From an uncultured Actinomycetota bacterium (GTDB lineage: Bacteria > Actinomycetota > Actinomycetes > Streptosporangiales > Streptosporangiaceae), in NCBI GenBank assembly GCA_963822485.1, contig CAWGHW010000002.1, positions 20,507-84,506 on the forward strand: 64,000 nucleotides of DNA, read 5' to 3'. The notes beneath the pieces were generated by a model. It saw only the letters and a list, made by a program, of their open reading frames with translations, did not search any database and was not told where the DNA came from. The translations under genes were made by a program, and so were the position numbers. How positions within the stretch are numbered: the stretch's first letter is position 1; every line of letters starts with the position of its first letter. This document shows positions 54,656 to 63,431 of this stretch, one piece after another.

Positions 54656-56824
54656 GTGAACTCCCTCACAACCAGCGCGTTTAACCTTCCCGACCGCCTG
54701 TCCGCGAAGGCCGACCCGGCGCTGATCGCCGGCGACGAGCAGCACTTCGCGGCCATCGCGGAGAGCCTTGAGCAGTCGATCGCCGAGCTGTCCGGCCGCC
54801 TCGATGCCGAGCGCAAGGCACCCGGGGGCATCGGCCAGGCAGCGATGGACCGGGACATGGAGGTCCACCGGCTGTCCGCTCGCCTCCGCGTCCTGCGTCG
54901 CTTCGGCCTGGACCTGTGCCTCGGGCGGATGGTCAGCGCGGACAGCCCTGAGCCCGTGTACGTCGGACGCCTTGGCCTGACCGACAGTTCGGGACGCCGG
55001 CTCCTGCTGGACTGGCGCTCCCCGGCGGCAGAGCCGTTCTTCGGAGCGACCCACGCCAACCCGATGGGCCTGGCCAGCCGCCGCAGGTATCGCTGGACCC
55101 TCGGCCGGATCAGCGATTACTGGGACGAGGTGTTCTCCCCGGACGGGATTGACCGGCACGCCGCGCTCGACGACCAGTCCGCCTTCATCGCCAGCCTGGG
55201 CAGCAGCCGGTCGCCCCGGATGCGAGACGTGCTCGGCACCATCCAGGCCGACCAGGACGCCATCATTCGCGCAGGATCGAGGGGTGCTCTCGTCGTCGAT
55301 GGCGGTCCGGGTACGGGCAAGACCGTCGTCGCCCTGCACCGCTCCGCCTACCTCCTGTACTCCGACCCTCGTCTCAGTCACCGCCGGGGCGGCGTGCTGT
55401 TCGTTGGTCCGCACCAGCTCTACCTGGCCTATGTCGCTGACGTCCTGCCCAGCCTCGGAGAGGACGGCGTGCAGACCAGCACCCTGCGGGACCTCGTCGC
55501 CGAGGGCGCCACGGCAACGGTCGAGACCGACCCGAACGTGGCCCGCCTGAAGTCGTCCGCGGACCTGGTGAAGGGGATCGAGAAAGGCGTCAGGTTCTAC
55601 GAGAATCCGCCCGCCGAGGGGATGACGGTCACGACCCACTGGTCCGACATCTGGCTGAGCGCCGACGACTGGCTCGAGGCGTTCCAGGCACCAGATCCCG
55701 GTACTCCGCACAACGTGGCGCGCGACCAGATCTGGGCGGAGCTGCTCGCGATCCTGACCGACAAGCACGGGGGCGATGTCCCGGCTGACCTGCTCCGCAA
55801 GTCGCTGCTGCAGAACCGGGATCTGCGCACCGCCCTCAACCGCGCGTGGCCGCTGATCGAGGCGGCTGACCTCGTTGGAGACCTGTGGTCGGTGCCCGCC
55901 TACCTGCGACTGTGCGCTCCCTGGCTCAGCCCCGATGACGTTAACGCGCTGCAGCGCGAGGACGCTCAGGCCTGGACGGTGTCCGACCTGCCGCTCCTGG
56001 ACGCAGCCCGGCAGCAGCTCGGCGACCCGCAGGCATCACGACGCAAGCGCCGGCATGACGCCGCGGTCGCCGCCGAACGCGAGCAGATGACCCAGGTCGT
56101 CGACAACCTGATCGAGGCCGCGGACGACGAGTACGGCGTAGGCCTGGTGACGATGCTGCGCGGCGAGGACTTCCACGACGCCCTGGTCAATGAGGCCGCC
56201 CTGCCCGGCACGGATCCAGACCTGCTCGCCGGCCCGTTCGCCCACATCGTCGTGGACGAGGCCCAGGAACTGACCGACGCCGAGTGGCAGATGCTGCTGC
56301 TCCGCTGCCCGTCCGGGAGTTTCACCATCGTCGGGGACCGCGCCCAGGCCCGGCACGGGTTCACGGAGTCGTGGCCGGAGCGACTCGAGCGGATCGGGCT
56401 GGACCAGATCCGCATGGCCTCCCTGACCATCAACTACCGGACGCCAGAAGAGGTCATGGCGGAAGCCGAGCCGGTCATCCGGGCCGTGCTCCCGGACGCC
56501 AACGTGCCGACCTCCATCCGCAGCACCGGCGTCCCCGTCGTGCACGGACCCGCTTCCGAGCTGGGCTCGATCCTCGGCACCTGGCTCGCCGAGCATGACG
56601 ACGGGATCGCCTGCGTCATCGGTGACCCCGTGTTCCTGGAAAGCACTGCCGCCGCGCCGCCCCGCGTCCGGTTGCTCACCCCGGAACTGTCGAAGGGGCT
56701 CGAGTTCGACCTGGTCATCCTCGTCGACCCGGAGACGTTCGGGACAGGCATCGAAGGAGCAGTCGACCGCTACGTCGCAATGACCCGAGCGACCCAGCAA
56801 CTCGTCATCCTCACGAGCGCCTGA
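54656..56824 (+). CDS. helD: HelD-family (UvrD-like) RNA polymerase-associated helicase, HelR-like
   Basis: Track ORF 54215..56824 trimmed to GTG 54656, with GGAG 8 nt upstream. Motifs: AFNLPDRLSAKADPALIAGDEQHFAAIAESL, LLLDWRSPAAEPFF, Walker A VVDGGPGTGKT, and IVVDEAQELT...FTIVGDRAQ...INYRT...LEFD. Confidence 0.85.
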   Translation: MNSLTTSAFNLPDRLSAKADPALIAGDEQHFAAIAESLEQSIAELSGRLDAERKAPGGIGQAAMDRDMEVHRLSARLRVLRRFGLDLCLGRMVSADSPEPVYVGRLGLTDSSGRRLLLDWRSPAAEPFFGATHANPMGLASRRRYRWTLGRISDYWDEVFSPDGIDRHAALDDQSAFIASLGSSRSPRMRDVLGTIQADQDAIIRAGSRGALVVDGGPGTGKTVVALHRSAYLLYSDPRLSHRRGGVLFVGPHQLYLAYVADVLPSLGEDGVQTSTLRDLVAEGATATVETDPNVARLKSSADLVKGIEKGVRFYENPPAEGMTVTTHWSDIWLSADDWLEAFQAPDPGTPHNVARDQIWAELLAILTDKHGGDVPADLLRKSLLQNRDLRTALNRAWPLIEAADLVGDLWSVPAYLRLCAPWLSPDDVNALQREDAQAWTVSDLPLLDAARQQLGDPQASRRKRRHDAAVAAEREQMTQVVDNLIEAADDEYGVGLVTMLRGEDFHDALVNEAALPGTDPDLLAGPFAHIVVDEAQELTDAEWQMLLLRCPSGSFTIVGDRAQARHGFTESWPERLERIGLDQIRMASLTINYRTPEEVMAEAEPVIRAVLPDANVPTSIRSTGVPVVHGPASELGSILGTWLAEHDDGIACVIGDPVFLESTAAAPPRVRLLTPELSKGLEFDLVILVDPETFGTGIEGAVDRYVAMTRATQQLVILTSA

Positions 56825-56835
56825 CGCCGCAGCGC

Positions 56836-57087
56836 CTACAGCAGCATGCTCACCGCCTGCTCCAGCTCGTATCGCAGCTCGTTCAGGTCGTCGGTGATGA
56901 TCGTATGCGGCCGCGCACCGAGTGTCGCTCCGTGCGCCAGGTACCGCACCCCGCGATCCGCGGAGACGACATAGAAGATGTGGTGGTGCAGGAAACGTTC
57001 CCGCAGCCGCAAGATCTCGGCCTGATCGGCCTCTTTTGGAAGGGTAGCGCGCTCGCCTGCCTGACCGGCATGACCGTGAAGTGCCAT
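56836..57087 (-). CDS. Small conserved hypothetical protein (83 aa) of a type common in actinomycete mobile-element regions
   Basis: Track ORF 56836..57096. ...HHHIFYVVSADRGVRYLAHGATLGARPHTIITDDLNELRYELEQA resembles the WHIW.SD.GR.YATR....T..A.T..EL family. ATG 57087 shares one nt with the stop of an upstream mini-ORF (TGATG). Confidence 0.55.
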   Translation of the reverse strand: MALHGHAGQAGERATLPKEADQAEILRLRERFLHHHIFYVVSADRGVRYLAHGATLGARPHTIITDDLNELRYELEQAVSMLL

Positions 57088-57206
57088 CACCCGCACCGCG
57101 GCTCACGTCGCGGCTTCAAGGCCCGCGCGCTCCCCTGCGATCGCGCCCGCAGCCGGCCGAGAGCTGGGCCATGCACCGGCATCACTGTATTGACCTGGGA
57201 AGACAT
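57087..57206 (-). CDS. 39-codon ORF with consensus Shine-Dalgarno, translationally coupled to the 83-aa gene (not in ORF track)
   Basis: AGGAGGT at 57220-57214, a 7-nt spacer, then ATG at 57206. It encodes MSSQVNTVMPVHGPALGRLRARSQGSARALKPRREPRCG*. The stop TGA overlaps the next ATG. Confidence 0.4.
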   Translation of the reverse strand: MSSQVNTVMPVHGPALGRLRARSQGSARALKPRREPRCG

Positions 57207-57735
57207 TTTCAGTACCTCCTATCTCAGCGCCGCTGATCTCTACCTAACGGCGACTGACGGTCGGCTGTTATCGGGCTTAGCTATCGGGGCTCAGCGAAGC
57301 TCGGGGCCACCACGCGGCCGCAAGGACACGGGCATCGCAGTGGGCTCAGCACACTAGACACTTCCAGGAACGGACACCTGGATGCAGGCGCCCGGCTGGG
57401 AGCCAGGAAGCGGGCGGGTAACTGCGGCGATTCTGGCCGGCCTGCCCAGTTGCGCGATAAAACGATGCGCATGGCCCGGGCAAGCCGGCCAGAAGCCGCA
57501 TACGTCCGCCGTGGCGAGCTGTGTCTAGGCTGATACCTGGTCGCCCGCAGCGGGAGATCGGTCAGTAGCGTGAATGACATCAGCTCGGCCCCCATCTGCA
57601 TGGCGACGTAGTGCATCGTTGAATGGCTCATGAAATGGGAGGTTCTGCGGCCGGGCAACCTGCCTGATGGTGGTAGGTCCCCGCCATTGCCGGCGGATTA
57701 CCACGATCTCCATGCCTAGCTGCGGCTGGTGACGC

Positions 57736-57963
57736 TCAAAGCTGACGGGAAGCCGATGGCCACGAGTCACTACACGGGCCGCCGGAGATGATGGCTATGA
57801 CATCGGCCTCGAGGTATCGGCGGTGTCCGCCCAGGGTGCGGATGGAGTTCAGCTTGCCGGCTTTAGCCCATCTGGTGACGGTCTTGGGGTCGACCCGGAA
57901 CGCGGCGGCCACCTCGGCCGGCGTCAGCAGCGGGTTCGACGGTCGGGGCTGACTGGAATTCAC
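57736..57963 (-). CDS. BldC-like / excisionase-type MerR-fold DNA-binding protein
   Basis: Track ORF 57736..58005 trimmed to GTG 57963, with AAGGAG 8 nt upstream. LLTPAEVAAAFRVDPKTVTRWAKAGKLNSIRTLGGHRRY is nearly identical to the remembered BldC core. Confidence 0.8.
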   Translation of the reverse strand: MNSSQPRPSNPLLTPAEVAAAFRVDPKTVTRWAKAGKLNSIRTLGGHRRYLEADVIAIISGGPCSDSWPSASRQL

Positions 57964-58049
57964 AGGGGGTTCTCCTTTGCTGGTTAACGGGCTTGCCGGT
58001 TCCATCCCTGAATCGGCAGCGGAGCGGTGATCTGATCAGCGCGAGGCAG

Positions 58050-58328
58050 CTAGGCCGCAGGGCCGTCCGACTCTCGGGTGATTGCCGCTACAGGGACGCG
58101 TAATAGGCGAGCGATCCGGTGGATAGTGGCGGGCCTGGCACTTCGCTTCTCCCGCTCGATGTTGGACAGCGCGGACTGGCTCATCCCCACCTCCCGGGCG
58201 AAGTCCGGCTGGTGCCAGCCGTCCTTTTCGCGGAGGCTACGGATGGCTGCCCCGTTCTGGCGGAGTTTCCCGCGCGCCTGCCCGTGAGGCCTTGTGGCGG
58301 CGGTCATGACCGTTTGTGTCGCGCTCAT
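58050..58328 (-). CDS. XRE-family HTH protein
   Basis: Track ORF 58050..58379. Contains IRSLREKDGWHQPDFAREVGMSQSALSNIEREKRSARPATIHRIARLL. The start is uncertain, ATG 58328 or 58307. Confidence 0.7.
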   Translation of the reverse strand: MSATQTVMTAATRPHGQARGKLRQNGAAIRSLREKDGWHQPDFAREVGMSQSALSNIEREKRSARPATIHRIARLLRVPVAAITRESDGPAA

Positions 58329-58785
58329 GCGGACAAAGATAAGGTCACGCAGCCAGCGAGGCAAGCCATAACTGAACACTGATAGACACTAAGGTCCAGC
58401 TCATGGGCGGAAGCGATATGCAGAGCAATGGCGAAAGGCGATCCATCCGGCCGGTCGCTCGTCCTTCTGAAGGCTGCGCTGTGGCCCGGAAAGGGGCGGT
58501 CCAGCCGCGACGGCACCGCGCGAACCCGCCGCCGCCGACCCGTGCCGCCGACCCTCCGACTTCGGCCGGACTAGACGATTGCGCTGGTAGAGCGCCCGGC
58601 ACTGGCCGCCGCCCGGCCTCGGACACCATGGGCAAGCGACACGCCCCTGGCCCTGGCCCGCCGATCTTCCCGGACGGCCGACACGCCGGCCGGCCTCGAG
58701 CCTTGCCTGAGTGACCTCGTCGCCTTGACGTGGCAAACTATGTCCGGCAGCATGGCACTCCTGTCTCCACGCAGACTGGACTTCA

Positions 58786-59385
58786 ATGGACAGATATCCT
58801 CCTGAGGCATGGAGGCGGCTGGGCCTCGCACTGGAGCGACGCAGGGCGGAGCTCGGGTACGGCTTTCGTCAGCGCGGCCGGTTCGTCCGTGAGCAGGGCG
58901 GCGGAAAACTGTCCGTCAAGACGATCAGCCGCCTGGAGAACGGCGAACGCGACTCCTACCCGGAGTCGACCGCCGCCATCGCTGAAGCCATGTACGGGTG
59001 GGCGCCAGGCAGCTTTGCTTCCGTGCTCGCGGGCCGGGAGCCAGCTCCCCTGCTTCCGGCTACCGTGCCGCAGAGCATTCCCGCGGCCTCCGCCGCCGTT
59101 GGATACGCGGCGGCCACGCCGGGCGAGCGCATCGCTAGCTGGGTCTATGTCCGGATGCGGCAGCTCGGCTACGACGAGCAGGTCATACACGAGTTCATCG
59201 CCGCCGAGGGCCTGCCCCGCGAGCCCACGACGGTCTCTTCGGTCAGGAGCATCGCCCAGGCCACCGGAGCAAGTCTCGCGGAGGTCCTCGCCCTGCTCGG
59301 CGTCGAGGACATCAATGCCCGACGGACGGTCATGCCAGTCGACGGCACCGAGAACGTGCAGGCCGGTGGCGGCGTCCGTTCCTGA
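58786..59385 (+). CDS. HTH-domain protein (phage/ICE-type regulator)
   Basis: 199-aa ORF. Contains WRRLGLALERRRAELGYGFRQRGRFVREQGGGKLSVKTISRLENGERDSYP. Divergent from the XRE gene. Confidence 0.6.
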   Translation: MDRYPPEAWRRLGLALERRRAELGYGFRQRGRFVREQGGGKLSVKTISRLENGERDSYPESTAAIAEAMYGWAPGSFASVLAGREPAPLLPATVPQSIPAASAAVGYAAATPGERIASWVYVRMRQLGYDEQVIHEFIAAEGLPREPTTVSSVRSIAQATGASLAEVLALLGVEDINARRTVMPVDGTENVQAGGGVRS

Positions 59386-59433
59386 GCCGCGGCACGACTG
59401 GCCAGTTCAGGCACCATTGCCCAGACAGCAAGG

Positions 59434-59826
59434 TCAGCCCGCGGCGCGTGGTGGCCATCGGAGGCTCGCCAGTCGCGGCGCCAGCCGACCGGGGTCGGCC
59501 GCGCTATCAGCGTCCGATACACCGGAGTCATCCGCGTTCGGGCTGCGCAGGCGATAGGCCAGGGCCGCCTGACAGCCTTGCTCGAACCCCCGTCGCCATG
59601 CGGCCCAGGAGTCGAGCACCAGCATGCGGACCAGCCCGACGGTCATCACCACAATGGCGGGCACAGCCATGGCAATGGCCTGCTGGGCGCTTATCGTGTT
59701 GGTGGCGGAGAAGACGACCACGATTAGCCCCAGCACCGCCCCGGCGGAAGTGCCCACGGCTCCGGGTCTACCGGAGGTCCAGGAGACGGCATGGCGTAAC
59801 CACTGGGGAAACGATCCGTCGCTCAT
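59434..59826 (-). CDS. Hypothetical membrane protein (2-3 TMS)
   Basis: Track ORF 59434..59901 trimmed to ATG 59826, with GAGGGAG 6 nt upstream. Contains AVLGLIVVVFSATNTI and IAMAVPAIVVMTVGLVRMLVL. Confidence 0.55.
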   Translation of the reverse strand: MSDGSFPQWLRHAVSWTSGRPGAVGTSAGAVLGLIVVVFSATNTISAQQAIAMAVPAIVVMTVGLVRMLVLDSWAAWRRGFEQGCQAALAYRLRSPNADDSGVSDADSAADPGRLAPRLASLRWPPRAAG

Positions 59827-60066
59827 CTCAGTCTCCCTCGGGTCCGGGCGGCACGGCACATACTCCTCTTGCTTCTCGTAGCCGCTTTCCGGTCCCTCCA
59901 AACGCCACTAGTATCATTTTTCTACCTATAGCCCCATTAGTAGCTCTATAAGTTCCCGCATCTGAGTAGGCTGCTACATCGCGCCGCGCGCGAGCTGCGG
60001 GCGGGCGGCTCGCTGCCGCAGGCCCCGATAGTTAGTTGTCACCTAGAGGCAGGCGCGCCGCCAGAG

Positions 60067-60235
60067 CTAGTGCGGCGTCAGGGCAATATTCGTCCGGTCG
60101 ATGATCCGGCGTAGTCGTTCGTCGTTGGCGTGGTTGTTGCGCCAGATGATGGAGCGGCGGCCGCTGGCCCTCACCGTCATGGATCTCACGCATCCGTAAC
60201 CGTTCAGCCGCCGGCCCAATCTCGGTTATCAGCAT
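60067..60235 (-). pseudogene. C-terminal remnant of an IS630-like (DDE_3) transposase
   Basis: One minus-strand frame reads ...GRRSIIWRNNHANDERLRRIIDRTNIALTPH*. This matches the remembered ...YIIWRNRHA.D..LR....RANVA C-terminus of actinobacterial IS630-family transposases. The upstream part is frameshifted or absent. Confidence 0.4.
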
Positions 60236-60287
60236 CCCCGGGCACAGCCTGGTTGCCTGACCGGCCCGGCTGCGGTTTCATTCGGGA

Positions 60288-60869
60288 GTGCGAGCGCAGC
60301 GGTTCGCCGACCTCCTGACCCGCGGCTGGGTCCGGCTGGCGGGACACCTGGACACCGATGAGTGCGCCGCGCTCGCGAAGCCGCAAACGCCGCCCTGGAC
60401 CCAGATGGCCCCCAAGGTCGGTGCCGTAACCCAGCACGGATGGTTCGCGCAGCTGCCATTCCATGAGGCCCCGCCGCCGGTTCAGGCATTCGGTTCCGAG
60501 ATGCGGGCCACGGTGTCGGCTGCGATCGGCCAGCAACTGCCCGACTGGACCGACGCCACCTGGCAACGCTACGAATCCGGCTACGGCCATATCGGACCGC
60601 ACCGGGACCAGGCCTTCTACAAGGGCGTGATCCTGATCGTCACCCTGGCCGGCGAAGCGGAGTTCACCGTCCTGGAGTCTCGGGACCCGCCCCTGACACT
60701 GGATCGCTGGATCACCGCTGCCGGCGACATGGTCCTCCTGCGAGGAGCGGACCTCGGAGTCTGCGGGGCGCGCTGCCCCCTGCACAAGGTCGGAACACCC
60801 ACATCAGGCCGGCTCACATTGACGCTGCGCCACAACGAGCGCGGATACGCCCGCTGGCCGACCCCCTAA
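60288..60869 (+). CDS. 2OG-Fe(II) oxygenase superfamily protein (AlkB-like fold)
   Basis: 193-aa ORF. HxD within GPHRD, distal His in CPLHKV, and an RLTLTLR motif like the AlkB R.S.T.R. The start codon is uncertain. Confidence 0.55.
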   Translation: MRAQRFADLLTRGWVRLAGHLDTDECAALAKPQTPPWTQMAPKVGAVTQHGWFAQLPFHEAPPPVQAFGSEMRATVSAAIGQQLPDWTDATWQRYESGYGHIGPHRDQAFYKGVILIVTLAGEAEFTVLESRDPPLTLDRWITAAGDMVLLRGADLGVCGARCPLHKVGTPTSGRLTLTLRHNERGYARWPTP

Positions 60870-60901
60870 CCCCCGAGCCGCAGGAAGCTTCTGCGGCACG
60901 G

Positions 60902-61201
60902 TTACTCTGCGGCACGGCTACACCAATCGCACCCTCGGGCGTGCCGGAGCGGGATCGCCGGGCGGCGTCCTTGCGCGAGTAGCGCGGTGGGCTCAGATCC
61001 GCCGAGTTCGGCCAGGTCGTCGCGCAGCGCATCGAGCCGCTGATCGGCCGCCATGGCGGCCTGGACGGCCGCACTGGCATCGTCGCTGACGCGGCGGAGC
61101 TCATCGAGCTCCACGGTCTGCTGGCCGCGCTCTTGTGCGGGTGCCAGCAGCCGGGCGCCTCCGGCCAGCCATGCGTGGCTTCGGCCGATGAATCCGTACA
61201 C
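60902..61201 (-). CDS. Hypothetical small coiled-coil protein
   Basis: 99-aa ORF with a GTG start. Contains VELDELRRVSDDASAAVQAAMAADQRLDALRDDLAELGG. No recognisable family, and a competing ORF occupies another frame. Confidence 0.3.
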   Translation of the reverse strand: MYGFIGRSHAWLAGGARLLAPAQERGQQTVELDELRRVSDDASAAVQAAMAADQRLDALRDDLAELGGSEPTALLAQGRRPAIPLRHARGCDWCSRAAE

Positions 61202-61453
61202 CGCCGGCGATTGCCCCGCGTCTACCTTCTAACTGGATTTAAGGGCAGGTCATGTGGCCGTTGCGAAAGTCCTCACAAACCGGTCCAACCTGCCGTCGGC
61301 AGCCGCCCGTCTACCTTCCCGGTGGGGCCCCGGCCAGCCGGATTCCGATCGGCCCGCGCCCGCCCGGCGATGATCGCCCTCCGCGCAGCCCGCCGGGAAC
61401 GCGTTCTTCGATCTGCGACGCGACAGGCGCATCGCCTCACCACAGGAGTCGGC

Positions 61454-62673
61454 ATGACCATTCCCGAACCGCGCGGCAATCTGCATGAGGACCCGGCCGA
61501 CCCTCGCGGTCACGGCCCACCGGGCACCACCGCGGAACCGCCCATCGCGACCCAGGCACCGCTCGCCCCTTTCCCCGGCCCCGGCCCCGGCACCGGCCCG
61601 GCACCGGCCCCGGCCCCGGCCAGGCGGACCTGCTCGGTCCGCGGATCGCGGCCGCACTGGTCGACGTCGCCTTGCTGGCCGGGCTGTTCGTCATCGAGGG
61701 ACTGGCCACTGGCAGCGCTCCGGCACCGACTCCGGGCGTCTTCAGCTCGGGCGTCGGCGTGGTCGAAGCGGGTACGTGGCGGCTGAGATTCGGCGAAGTC
61801 ACCGTGGCCGGCTGGTGGCTGGCCCTGTACCTGGTTGCCGTGCTCGTCTACTACTTCGCGTTCGAGGCTGCGACCGGGCAGACCCTGGGCAAGCGCCTGC
61901 TCGGCCTGCGGGTCGTCAACTGCGACGGGACCCGGCCGTCCGCGCGGGCGATCGCCGCCCGTACCCTGCTCCGGCTCGTCGACTGGCTGCCGTTGCTGTA
62001 CCTGGCGGGCTTTATCTCCGTGCTGGCCACCGGCAGGCGCAGGCAACGCCTCGGCGACCTCGCCGCCCGGACGCAGGTAGGCGCCGCGGGAGCGTTGCCC
62101 GTCCGGCGCGGGCGCCAGGTGCTGGCCGGGGTCGTCGCCGGGCTGGCGCTCCTCGGCATGTCCATCCGCGTAACCTCGGGCGGGACTGTGCGCCCGGCTT
62201 CAGCCGGCTCCAGCCAGCCATGCCGTGGCATCTCGTTCCACTACCCAGCGGGGTGGCACCAGCACAGCGTCAGTACACGCATCGGAGGCAGCCACCGGTT
62301 GTGTCAGACCGGGCTGTTCATCGGCGTGTCGGACGGAATTGTCATAGCGGCTTACGCACTGCCCGGCCCCGTTACCGCCGGAAATCTGGCCAGCGTCGCC
62401 CCCATTTTTAAGACGGGGATTCGGCGGCTCGCTGCCCAGGCCGGCGGCGCCCTGCAAGCGGGACCCCAGAGGATCAGCGTTGGCGGGCTGCCGGCACTCA
62501 AGTTCCGGACCTCAGGTTTGTCCTATAACGGGACCCGCGTGGAGAGCACGCTTATCTACACCTTCGATGGCAGGACCGAGTACGCCATCAACTGCCAGCA
62601 AACACCGGAGCATGCCGCGCAAGTGACGCAAGCCTGCGACCAGGTCCTGCGCACCTTCACGGTGAGCAGCTAG
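61454..62673 (+). pseudogene. RDD-family membrane protein with extracytoplasmic C-domain; apparent 1-nt frameshift in a GGCCCC repeat
   Basis: ATG 61454 has AGGAG 6 nt upstream and opens MTIPEPRGNLHEDPADPRG...PFPGPGPGTGP. The RDD body (ADLLGPRIAAALVDVALLAGLFVIEG...LGKRLLGLRVV...RQRLGDLAARTQV) continues in frame +2, matching track ORF 61672..62673. Confidence 0.6.
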
Positions 62674-63056
62674 CGCCACGAGGGTCCCGCTGGCCGCCCT
62701 GCTGGCGCGGTGACGAGGACGCTGGCGGGGTGGCCGAGGGCCGGCGCGGGGCCGGCGGATTTAGTGCGCCCAGGTGGCATTGCACCGCCCCGCATGGCCA
62801 GCCAGATGCAGGTCCGCCGGTTCTGCGTGCGCTGGTACACGATCGTCATAGGGTCAGCTGGGTGCGGCTGGACTACTCGTAGCCGGCGGCAGCGCCGATG
62901 ATCTCCGCGAACCGGGGTCACATGATGCTCGCGGGGGCCGGGACGGCGGAGGTCCCCTGAGATTTTCTTCTGGCCGAGTGTCGGATCCGAAGTGAGGCGT
63001 CCGTAGAGCAGATGAGAGGCGGCCGGAACAGGCCGCCGGGGCAAGGGAGTCGTGGG

Positions 63057-63431
63057 ATGACGCGGTACTTGATCTCGTTCGATGCCGGCGCGATGGACCA
63101 CATCCCCGAGGAGGACATGCCCGACGTGGGCAAGACCTCGCACGCGGTGGTCCAGGAGGCCGTGAACGCCGGCGTCTGGGTTTTCGGCGGCGGACTGACA
63201 AGCCAGCGGGCGAGCGTCGTGGCCACCGACGGGACGGTCACCGACGGCCCGTATCCGGAGACCAAGGAGGTCATCGGCGGATTCTCGCTCGTCGACGTGC
63301 CCTCACGCGAGGAGGCGCTGGCGTGGGCGGCCAGGATCGCCGTGGCCTGCCGCTGTGCGCAAGAGGTACGGGAACTCCTGCCCGACCCCGAGCAAGACGC
63401 GATGCTCCGCCAGGCTGACAGGCGATGGTGA
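63057..63431 (+). CDS. YCII-related (DGPF domain) protein
   Basis: Track ORF 63012..63431 trimmed to ATG 63057, with GGGAG upstream. Contains MTRYLISFDAGAMDHIPEEDMP...DGPYPETKEVIGGFSLVDVPSREEALAWAARIA. Confidence 0.8.
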   Translation: MTRYLISFDAGAMDHIPEEDMPDVGKTSHAVVQEAVNAGVWVFGGGLTSQRASVVATDGTVTDGPYPETKEVIGGFSLVDVPSREEALAWAARIAVACRCAQEVRELLPDPEQDAMLRQADRRW

